Source: Azolla caroliniana (Eukaryota > Plantae > Polypodiophyta). Taken from it: a DNA stretch of 64,000 nucleotides. The position numbers and the translations under genes were made by a program. Each line of letters begins with the position of its first letter. Within the stretch, counting starts at the first letter, position 1. Location: NCBI GenBank assembly GCA_043228905.1, contig JBHGNT010000007.1, positions 14,694,001 to 14,758,000 of the forward strand, written 5' to 3'. Of the stretch, positions 24,254 through 35,300 are shown one piece after another. The notes under the pieces are model-generated. The model was not told the DNA's origin and made no database searches. It saw nothing but the letters and a program-made list of their open reading frames with translations.

Positions 24254-25838
24254 TGTCGTGAAAATCCATCACTATGTGCGGATCGTGAGGCGGAACCGCC
24301 GGGGTTATGGACGGGAAGGAATTAGGGCTTACACGCACAACACAAGGAAGGCTTAAACAAACTAGGAATGAGTATTCGAACATGTTTGTGAAAATGAGAG
24401 GTGCATGGGCAAGCCCGAATCAACCCCTAGTCACAAGGCGAATGAAGGCACGTGAGGAAGGCTTACACACAGACACACAAGGAAAAGGCTTACTTACACA
24501 CATGAGAGACAGAGTTTCGAATGCCTTTGTGAAAAGAGAGGTGCATGGGCAAGCCCGAATGCTCCCTTGTTACAAAACACGCGAACACACAAGCAAGGTT
24601 TACACACGGGAGAAACAATTTTGAACGCCTTTGTGAAAGGAGAGGTGCATGGGCAAGCCCGAACGCTCCCTTGCCACAAGTCGCACGAACACACAAGCAA
24701 GGTTTACACACGGGAGAAACAATTTCGAACGCCTTTGTGAAAGGAGAGGTGCATGGGCAAGCTTGAACACTCCCTTTCCATAAGTCGCACTAACACACAA
24801 GCAAGGTTTACACACGGGAGAAACAATTTCGAACGCCTTTGTGAAAGGAGAGGTGCATGGGCAAGCCTGAACGCTCCCTTGCCACAAGTCGCACAAACAC
24901 AAAAGCAAGATTTACACTAACACGCAATATACGTAAGTTTGAATGCCTTTGTGAAAGGAGAGGTGCATGGGCAAGCCTGAAACACTCCCTTGTCACAAGA
25001 CACACAAGCAAATAAGCACAAACGACGATAACATATAAGACATGTAGGTTTGAATGCCTTTGTGAAAGGAAAGCTGCATGGGCAAGCCCGAAACGCTCCA
25101 TTGTCACAAGACACACAAACAAACAAAGAACAAATGACGATAACAAATAAGCACAATCAAGATTTACACATAAGATAAGTAGATAAAAGAAAACATTAGT
25201 TTATATCAATATAATAGATTCTTTTATAATATAAGAATCATGTTACAATGGGTTGGATGCGAATATGAAGGATTGTTTATAAATGAATGGGGGAAGAGAG
25301 GTGGAGGAAAGAAGAGAGTGGAGTTTAGAAGGAGTTTCTTTGTTGATGATGCCTCTCGATGTTGTTGATCCTTCTTTTTCCACTTTCCAATTGAGTAGCG
25401 CTTCCGCGTTCCTTCTCCCTTCCCCCATTCTTCACTAGAATAGGCTCTTATTTATAGGTTTAGGATTGCTTGTCTTTTTCCCCTAAAAAAAGCTTGTCGA
25501 TATGAGTCAACATTTCTTTTCCTCACTATTTCTGTTTTCTTCATATGCAAGATAATCTTGGAAAGTTCTTTGGGTTAGCTTTCTTATGAATATTTTCTTT
25601 TCTAATTTGGACATTTGACGAGGAAATTATGAGCTTTTTACTCAACCTTGCTCCTCATATCCACGACTAGCTTTTCTTTTCCCATCTTTTTCTCTATTTT
25701 TGTCTACTTTCGAAAACCTCTTCTAACTTTTTAGCCTTTCATTTATTACTATAGTTGACTTAAGAAAATTAGTTTATTTGGATCACTATTTATTCTCTTT
25801 TGAGGGTGGTTTCACACTGTGTTGAGAACATCACGACA
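24254..25838 (-). repeat. 1.6-kb solo LTR (gypsy-type) with an internal tandem array
   Basis: 8-bp inverted termini TGTCGTGA/TCACGACA, decayed 4-bp TSD GCGT/ACAT, TATAAATA on minus strand near 25450; interrupts the copia B 5' LTR relative to its 3' LTR. Confidence 0.75.
24384..25115. repeat. Seven-copy tandem array, mostly 104-111 bp period
   Basis: Core TTTGTGAAAGGAGAGGTGCATGGGCAAGCCCGAA near 24385, 24523, 24627, 24731, 24835, 24945 and 25056. Confidence 0.92.
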
Positions 25839-25899
25839 ACATAACAACAGACGCCAAGAGCCCTACATGGCTGATACACTCGAAGGAGTGTTGTAACAT

Positions 25900-27879
25900 T
25901 GTTACCCAGACAAGTGGGGAAGCGTCAGAGTCGGAAATGTAGAAGGTTCGGAGTCAGAATCGGAGTCAGATCGGTATAGAGGATCGATGAGTCAGCATTT
26001 TGCTGAATTAAATTAAAACCGAAATTATAGTTAGAGATTTTGTAGTTCTTGCCATTTTTGGCAGTATGTTTTCTTGATGAGAAAGTCCTTCCGGTTGCCT
26101 ATAAAAGGAACCGAATGCAGTGTAAAGATCTATCGTTTTATTTAGTAATATAAAGTTAGTTTAGGAAATCTCTGTGTACTAAACGCTCTGTCAATCTATT
26201 TCCTTCTATTAGAACTTTATTACGTAAATAACGATCTCGATGTCCTGTTTAACATCAATAAGTTTAGTGTTATTTTAGTATCTATTCGTCTAACCACAAT
26301 TCATTGGTAGAACGTTCGGTGAGCAATGTTCGACTTATACTGTGTCGACAATATTCGTTGTCAACCGAACAACACAGTGTGCTAACTTTCGGCGTAGCTG
26401 TTCAATCAATTCATCCTTTGCATTCTTGGATCGGATACAACTGGCAAAGACGGAAATCGGAAAATGGCTCGATGCAAAGGATGAATTGATTCAACAGCTG
26501 TGCCAAAAGTTAGCACAGCAACAGGAAGCCATGTGCCAAAACGCTGAGAAACTGGAGGAGCTTGAAGAATATGTAAAAATACAAGAAGAATATTTTGTAG
26601 AAGAGCTGGTCAGAAAAGAAACCTTGCTGAATGAACTCAACGAAAAATATAATCGACAGTAGGAAGAATGGGAATCAGCTAGGGAAACTCTGGAAAGAAG
26701 GTGTTCAGAAGTGGAAGTTGTGTCTGAAAAAAGGCGACTTGACCTGTTACTCGCGCAAAACAAGCTGTTGCAGACAAAAGGAGAAAATAATGCTCAAATT
26801 AATGATTTATGAAAAACATTAGTAGCAACACAGTTTCAGGCAAGTATAACCGAGGAAAGAATTCGAGCTATCCTAAAACGCCATAAGCTTAACACCTTGA
26901 AAATGGTGAATGAGTCCATAGATAAGGGCTGGAAAACCTGGTCGGCACAAGCAGCCGAACTTCAACTGTTACGTGCCGACAGAGACAATAGGAAGGCTCA
27001 CGGCTAAGGTTTCTTCAAAATGACAGAAGAGGCAATATCAACTGTTCAGGAGGATATTGCTAAAGACTTGTATGAGATAGCGGCTTGTCACAAAGAAGAA
27101 GTCGGAATTCGACAAACACGATGTTGACACAACTGTCCAACTAGACAACCTTAAATCTAAAAGGTGAAACCACACCACAGGACTCGGAGCCCCGAAAACA
27201 AAGAAACCAAGACCATCGACTGAAGATACACACAAGTTTACAGAATCCAAAGACGAAGACGAAGAAGACATGCAACAACTTGAACCTTCATTGTTCGATA
27301 TTCTGCAGGATGATATGGAGGACGAATTAGACGAGGACCTTCCTTCGGAACAGCAGGAGTAGAAGGGGTACCGTGGGTTCGCCAGGCAAGGCCCTGGCCC
27401 ACGGGTGTGCCAAGTGTTACCCGGACAAGTGGGAAAGCGTTGAAGTCGGAAATGTAGAAGGTTCGGAGTCCGAGTCCGAGTCGGATCGGTATAGAGGATC
27501 GATGAGTCAGCATTTTGCCGAATTAAATTAAAACCAAAATTATAGTTAGTTAGAGATTTTCTAGTTCTTGCCATTTTTGGCAATATGTTTTCTTGATGAG
27601 AAAGTTCTTCCGGTTGCCTATAAAAGGAACCAAAGGTAGTGTAAAGATCTATCATTTTATTTAGTAACATAAAGTTAGTTTAGGAAATCTCTCTGTACCA
27701 AACGCTCTGTCAATCTATTTCCTTTCTGTCACAACTTTATTACGTAAATAATGATCTCGATGTCTATTTAACATCGATAAGTTTACAACCATTTTAGTAT
27801 CTATTCATTTAACCACAATTCATTGGTAGAACGTTCTACTTATACTATGTCGACAATATTCGTTATCGACCGAACAACA
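25900..27879 (+). mobile_element. Non-autonomous 2-kb LTR element with no gag/pol
   Basis: LTRs 25900-26374 and 27415-27879 (TG...CA), TSD AACAT, TATAAAA near 26100, no recognisable PBS. Confidence 0.92.
26375..27362 (+). pseudogene. Decayed ORF of about 320 codons: coiled coil, basic patch, acidic tail; function unknown
   Basis: Frame of ORF 26342-26662 reads on through stops explicable as C>T (CAG/CGA/CAA); after a frameshift it ends KTKKPRP...DEDEED...EDELDEDLPSEQQE*. Confidence 0.65.
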
Positions 27880-28086
27880 AACATTCTGTGTTGTATATCC
27901 ACTATACATAGTGAAGCTTTGTTCCCATGGTTTTCTCCCGTTTTAGGGTTTCCATGTTAAATCTTTGTGCACCATAGTTGTCCAGTTTTCTGGCATATCT
28001 GTGATTTGTATTTCAGCACAGTTCGCTTATTGTGATTTGACCAAACGATTTCTCAACAAACTGGTATCAGAGCTTGAGGTGCAAGC

Positions 28087-30660
28087 ATGGAAGGAGGTGT
28101 GAGCGGCTTCCCAGGCATGATAGTTCTAAACTCACATAACTATGCAGACTGGAAGATAAAGATGGAGGACCTTCTCATAGTCAAAGACCTGTATGAGCCA
28201 GTCGACAGAGCATATATACCCAGGGGGTATTGGATGGATTGGAAACTTCTTAAAAGAAAGGCAGTGGCCACCATCCGACAATGCGTCGACGTAAGTGTCT
28301 TGCAACATGTAGCAAACGACACAAATGCACATGAGATGTGGCAGAAGTTGTCGGGTCTATATGAGAGGCAGAACGCGCTCAATAGAACCTCACTGATGAG
28401 AAAGATTGTACGGCTGAAATACAGGGACGATGAGAGCATCATCGAACACATCACCACATTCATGGGGTATGTGAATCAACTTGCTACAACCAAGTTTCCC
28501 CTGGATGATACGATGCAGGCCATCCTGCTGATGTGCACACTGCCGGATAGTTGGGAGAACCTGGTGGTCACTCTCATCACCTCCTGTCAAGAAGAGAACT
28601 TGTCTTTACAAACAGTAAAGACAAGCATCCTCAATGAGGAGGCAAGGAGGAAGGACAAGGGAGTCCTCTCCCAGTCGGAGTCGAATGTAACACAACATTC
28701 GGACAAAGGAAGGAACCAACAAAGAAGTCCACCAAGGAGAGAAAAGTCCCAAGCCAGATCAAAGTTCAGAGGTAAGCTAGTGTGCTTTTATTGTGGCAAA
28801 CCTGGACACTTCCAGAAGGACTGCCGACACATGAGAAAAGACAAAGGTGTCGGAAACAATGTCAAACCCAGGAAGATTCCTGATGAGAAGAACACTTCTG
28901 TCATTGCTACGAGCAATGAAAAACTGTTGTTCATCTGTGAACAAACAAGGGCAAATCGTGCAAGTGAAGAATGCACTTGGGTGATCGATTCCGGGGCATC
29001 GTTCCACATAACTCCATCGAGAGAGTATTTCTCGACTTACATAGCCAAAGATCACAGTTATGTGAAAATGGGTGATAGTGGAGAGTGCAAGATAGCCGGA
29101 GTCGGAAGTGTCCACTTGACGACGTCGACAGGGTGTCGACTGACTCTGAAGGATGTTCGACAAGTCCCCAATATCAGATTGAATCTGATATCGATTGGAA
29201 GGTTAGATGGCGAAGGCTATAGTGGTACCTTTTGGAATGGCAAGTGGAAGTTCTGCCAAGGAAATCTTATAGTGGTTTGAGCACAGAAAGAAGGCACATT
29301 TTATATGATGCATGCTCGACTGTGCAAATCGGAAGTAAATGTGGCAGCCGACTCGGCAGGAGAAATATGGCATAAGAGGCTAGGCCACATGAGTGAGAAG
29401 GGAATGCACCTACTAGCAGACAAGAAACTTCTACCAGAAGTCAAGGGAGTGCACCTGGAGAAGTGTGTCGACTGCTTAGTTGGAAAGCAGAATAGAGCAG
29501 CATTCCACACAAGACCACCGAGGAGAAGAGAAGAGCCACTAGAACTAGTACACACGGACATGTGTTATGTGGATGCTCCATCACATCGAGGTGGACAGGT
29601 CTATAGTCGAAATACATGGGCCTTCATACTGAAGTCGAAGGATCAAGTGTTGTCGTGTTTCAAGGAGTTCCAGGCAAGAGCCGAAAGAGAGTCAGGTCGG
29701 AAGTTGGAGGTTGTTCGAACCAACAACGGTGGCGAGTATAGAAGGAAATTCGAAGAATACTGCAAGTGCCAAGGTATTCGGATCTAATACATAGTGCCAA
29801 AGACCCCAAAGTTTAACGGGCTTGGAGAGAGGATGAATCGAACAATCATGGAGAGGGTACGGAGCATGCTTTCTCATGGGCTAAGGTGATGTACACAGTT
29901 GTTTATATGATCAACAAGTCTCCCTTAGTAGCATTAAAGGGTGATGTCCCACAGAGAGTGTGGATAGGGAAGGATGTCTCCTAACAACACTTGAGGGTGT
30001 TTGGATGTTTGGGGTATATGCATGTACCGAAGGATCAAAGGTCAAAGCTCGACAGTAAGTCGAAGGCATGCATATTCACGGGATACTCGGAAGATGAGTT
30101 CAGCTATAGGCTTTGGCATCTGGTCGACAAGAAGGTAGTGAGAAGTCGGGATGTAGTCTTTCTTGAAGATAAGACGATTGAAGACTGGAAGCAACACAAG
30201 TCGGATACGATTCCCCAGTCAAACCCGACTATCTTCAATCTAAGGTTAAGTGAACCAACAACGTCGGTTGTCCGGAGACGGCCAGTCGGCATAGCCAAAT
30301 CCGAGTTGGTCGACTCGGAGAGACCGACCGACTGTGAGTTAGAGTCGGCAGAGCTGCTAAGGTCAATTGAAGAGTATGAGTTGGAGTCGTCCAACCTAGA
30401 GATGCCGATTGACGTGCAGAAACCCGAGCGAAGAGAAGAGTTGGTAGAGACATTGAAAGAGAGCCAACAACGAGTGGAAGGAGATACCCACTCGGAGAAA
30501 GGAAAGCACCGACTACATATGCTAGTCAATACATCCTCATGACTGATGAAGGTGAACCGGAGTGCTATGAAGAAGCCATTGCCGACGAGCACAGAGCGAA
30601 ATGGCTAAGCGCGATCCAAGATGAGTTGGAATCCTTGCACGAGAATTACACCTACGACCT
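28087..30660 (+). pseudogene. copia B gag-protease-integrase
   Basis: CFYCGKPGHFQKDC, WVIDSGAS, WHKRLGH and NGGEY motifs; stops and deletions. Confidence 0.92.
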
Positions 30661-31473
30661 TGATCAATAATTTGCTGGCAGGCAGAAGTCAACACATTAC
30701 CTATCAAATCCCAATACTCTATATACCATGAAACCCCCATCCCATCAACACCTGGACAAACATCCTTACCTAAAACCTTTGCTGCTAATAAAACTTTTGA
30801 AGATTGCAACGGAGCAAGCAAAGGAATCTGCATTTCAAATGAAACTCGATTAGAGACCGACACCCACACCAAATCCCTCTTAATCCAATTATTTCTTGAA
30901 ATTGGAGTTGCTGACAACAAATGTGTTGAGAATCAAGCTCAACTTGGTCTAGTGTATGAACTCACCTTGAGAGTGAAGAGACACTCCAATGGTCAAGAGT
31001 CACCATTATGTCACCACTTTGTATTCTAGCATTTAGTATGATTCATAGAATCATATTCTATGACACATAACTTATGACCTTTCACATTCCCCATGCTCCA
31101 TGAGGCTTGTAGTTAATGAAGAGAAAGAGTGACTACATAAAGCACCCTCCTCCCACCTTGTATAATGTTAAGTCTTTCGCCTTTGTAAATATAATTTTAC
31201 CTTGCGTATTCTCTGTGTATTACTCCTTGTCTCTCTCTCTCACTCTCTCTCTCTCATACACACACAGTTCACACCTATTCCGCTTCACAAGAATCCATCT
31301 CTTGATTCTTTACATGGTATCAGAGCGATTTGGTAGCTCGATCTAGCCCATTCGCCTCATCGTGATCGTGTGTTGTGCTCTACGCCGACAACCAAGAACC
31401 GGCTCATCGCTATCGTAGCTTCGCTACATAGCTCGCATTCAAAGAGAGAACAAGAAGAAGAAGAATCGACATA

Positions 31474-34400
31474 ATGAATACTCAAATGGGGAGCGCTCTC
31501 CCTACCGAGAAGTTGGATCGAAACAACTTCGCATCTTGGGAGTACAAGATGCACCAATACCTTGTCAGACAAGGCTATTGGAGCTACATCAAAGGAGCGC
31601 ATGAAGACCGACCCGCCGAAGCGGCTCCCGGATACACGACATGGGAGCAAGCCACAAGCCGTGTGATGTATTGTTTGGCGACATGTGTTCACAACCACAT
31701 GCTCGGTTACATTCGAGAAGCCAATACACCGAAGGAAGCGTGGGAAAATCTACGAAAGATTTTCGCCGCCAACACGACCACAAGGAAGCTTCAACTCTGC
31801 CAAGAGTTGAACAACATTCAACAAAGGGACATGTCCATCACGACATACACCTTGAAGATCAAGGAGCTTTGCGACTCGCTCGGCTCAATAAGCGTAAGTA
31901 TAGATGATGATGAGATGGTGCAAATATGCCTCGGCGGCCTCGCACCACGGTTCGGCGCGATGCGAACCGCCATTCTAGCACGGGAGAAATCTCCCTCCTT
32001 TTTCGAGCTCCAATCAATGCTATTGGTCGAAGAAAACCACGTGCGTACAAGGAGAAATGAGTCGGAAGGCCACATGCTCTACACGCACTCTAATGGAGGA
32101 AGAGGACGCGGACAAGCGAGAGGCCGATTCGGCCAAGGACAAGGCAGACGAGGTCCGACCTACAACATCAACTCCCAATTTCGGCCGCAAAATGGAGGCC
32201 AACGAGGAACCTTCGCAAGAAGGGGGAGCTTCCACTCCGGCCTGAGCCGTCAAAACGCAACCGAATGCGGATATTGCGAAAAGCTTGGCCACCACGAAGA
32301 AAAGTGCCGAAAGAAGATGCGTGAATCGGCTTCCACAAGCCGACAACTCACGAATTACGCGCACAATTCCAACTACGAAGAGTATAGCGGAATGTATGGG
32401 CACAACTCCGACTACGAGGATCGTGGCGGAATGTACACATACAACTCCTACCGTGGCGGAATGTTCATGATGAAACATAGAGCAAAGTCTATGTCGGCCT
32501 CTACCTCAACTAGTGCCCTCAATCCGGAGGACGTATGGTTTGTTGACTCCGGATCCTCAAACCATATGACATCCCACAAAGAATGGTTTCTCGAACTTCA
32601 AGAGCCGGAGCGACCCGGTTATGTCGAAACCGGAGATGACACTACGCACCCGATTCGGCACATCGGCAATGTTCCGTTCGGAAAAAGAGGTAAGCAAACA
32701 TACATTAAAAATGTCTTGCATGTACCCACCATCACAAAGAATTTGGTCTCAGTTGGCCAAATGGTTGAGCAAGGGATGCAAGTACAATTCGACCAAGAAG
32801 GGTGCTTCATCGAAAAAGAAGGCCGAATCATCGCACGCAGAAGAAGAGAGGGCCGGATGTTCATTCTCGATTCGCACAAGATGAAATCCGCCATGTTCAC
32901 GAAAAGCACGAAAGTCGACTCCGACATAGAGCTATGGCATAAGCGAATCGGCCACATCAATCTCAACAAACTCAAAGCAATGAAGTCGAAAGGATTTGTC
33001 ATTGGACTCCCGACATTCAAAGAGAAGGAGATTGAAGGTGTATGCGAAGCGTGCCAATTCGGCAAGCAACACCGACACCCATTCCCGAAGGAGCGGGATG
33101 TGAGCAAAGGCGTACTCGACGTAATTCATTTCGATGTATGGGGTCCAGCCCAAACGGCGACATTCGGCAGATGCCGGTATTACGTGCTCTTCATCGATGA
33201 CTTTTCTAGGCACACTTGGATCTACCCGATGCGGCAAAAGAGCGAAGTGTTCGGACACTTCCAAAATTTCCAGAATGAAGTCGAGAAAGCCACGGGTCGA
33301 CATGTACGATGCCTTCGATCGGATGGCGGCAAGGAGTACTTCTTGAACGATTTCATGATGTATCTCTGAAAGGAAGGAATTCGACGAGAATTCACTTGTC
33401 GACACACTCCGCAACAAAACGGAGTAGCCGAGCGCAAAAATCGGCACATCCTCGAAGTAGCGCAGGCCATAATGAACGAGAAGCATATGCCCAAGTCATA
33501 TTGGGCCGAAGCAGCAAATACGGCCGTCTACCTAATGAACCGGTGCACCACATCCGGCGTGCACGAGGTCACTCCGCAAGAAAGATTCTTCGGAAAGAAG
33601 CCGAACCTATCACATGTTCGGATATTCGGCTCCATTGCGTACGTACACATCCCCGACGAGAAGCGTCAAAAGCTCGACCCGAAGTCAGAGAAATGTATCC
33701 TCATAGGATACTCACTGGAGCAAAAGGGGTACAAGTGCTACAACCCCTCAACTCGAAAATCTCGGGTAAGTCGAGACGTCGTCTTTGACGATTTTGCATC
33801 CTAGTACGCACCAGAGACAACTTCGCCTCCGACTCCGCTCGACCCGGAATCCACCGGACAAGAGATAGAGAATGAAGATCACCTTACGCGCATGTTCGAA
33901 GAAAGTTCGATCACGACCGGACTGAGCAGACCACAAAAGCCTTTGAGCGATCAAAGCACATCACGGCCTAGCCCGAAGATGGACAAAGGCAAGGCGAAAA
34001 TGGCGGAATACGAAGACAATCGCTTCACCAACAATGAGTCAACTCACTCACTCAACAGTGAGTTCAACGGTTTCGAGGTCCCAATCAGAGCAAAGAAAGC
34101 CCTCATCTCTGCAAATGAAAAGCTCCGCCGATCCACTCATGAAAAGAACCCCGTAAGTCGATTCAGCTACAACGATTATATGGCATACCATTACGCCTTT
34201 ATGATGAAGGTAGCAACAGTACGGGAGCCGGAAACCTTTTCCGAAGCCGCGAAGGACCCGCGATGGATCGAAGCAATGAACGAGGAGATGCAGGCACTAC
34301 GGAAGAACGAGATGTGGGATCTCGTTCCCACCTCACCACACAAAAAGGCGATCGGATGCAGATGGATTTACAAGGTGAAGTATAACGATGATGGCTCCAT

Positions 34401-34869
34401 AAACTGCTACAAAGCTCGACTCGTAGCGAAAGGATACTCTCAGACGCATGTCGTCGACTATGAAGAGACCTTTGCCCCGGTGGCAAAGATGACAACGGTG
34501 CAGACTTCAATTCGAGCACCCATCCGAAAGTTGTTTGCCGACTCAAGAAGCCTCTCTACGGCCTCAAGCAAGCACCACGTGCTTGGCATTCGAAGATGCA
34601 ATATCTTCATCAAATCGGCTTCCGTATGTCAAAATCGGACAACTCCCTCTACATACGAAGCGATTCTGCAAGTCAGATCGTCATCATTTTATATGTGGAT
34701 GACCTAGTCATTGGAGGTGAGCATCTCGTCGAAATCAATAAAGTCAAATCCCTCCTTTCCGACAAGTTCGAGATGACGGACATGAAGGAGCTCCACTACT
34801 TCCTCGGCATCGAGGTAATTCGGACTCCGGACGGAATCATGATCTCTCAACGGCACTACATCCTCAACT
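31474..34869 (+). pseudogene. copia D gag-PR-IN-RT (continues 40544-41355); stops and a deletion of the QMDVK region near 34505
   Basis: WFVDSGSS, WHKRIGH, SDGGKEY, KARLVAKGY and LYVDDL motifs; RNase H end ARTKHIEV..ADIFTKAL in the second piece. Confidence 0.92.
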
Positions 34870-35228
34870 TGTCAGGAACAGTACTAAGACAGAGAAGGAA
34901 TTAGTACTAAACGAAGGATTAGTACTATGAGAGGTGTAGAACTTCTTCGAGAGAAGGAAGAAGTGAGCGAGACGGAGAGAAAGAGAGAGATCGAGAGAGG
35001 GAGAGAGTGATGATAAGAAAGATATGTATTATATGAAGAGAATATACAATGGTGGCTAAAAGGCTTAAGACTGGCGTTGAACCAATTTGGTTCAACATAA
35101 TGACTAGTGCCCTTTTTTATAGTGTTTTCAGGAGTAATCCTGAAGCTTCTAGAATGTTCCAAAGAAATCTGGAATATACACTAATTTCCTATAATAAAAT
35201 GTAAATGAAAATAATATCTTACGTATTA

Positions 35229-35300
35229 CAATAGATGGTCTAATGGTCAAGAGCTCGACCCATATAACCTAAGGTCATGGGTTTGAGTCTTGCCATATCA
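35229..35300 (+). promoter_or_regulatory. tRNA-like Pol III module in LTR U3 (second copy at 40467-40538)
   Basis: A-box TGGTCTAATGG 35236-35246, variable-loop-like AGGTC, B-box GGTT(T/C)GAGTC (perfect GGTTCGAGTC at 40518-40527), canonical 45-nt T8-G53 spacing. Confidence 0.65.

Noticed and set aside
24384-25115. CRISPR-like array or hammerhead ribozyme array
   Set aside because: Linkers are homologous to each other, there are no cas genes, the context is a eukaryotic LTR, and I saw no CUGAnGA/GAAA hammerhead core on either strand.
27038-27670. 210-aa minus-strand ORF, and the many other antisense or shadow ORFs over pol genes and LTRs
   Set aside because: They overlap LTRs or are antisense to recognisable coding frames; no motifs and no independent support.
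32355-32470. 39-bp imperfect repeats in copia D gag (HNSxYExxxGMY)
   Set aside because: Real, but a short linker expansion typical of gag-protease spacers.
35229-35300. Functional tRNA gene
   Set aside because: The anticodon stem does not pair and the acceptor stem is only partial, so it is reported as a tRNA-like promoter module.
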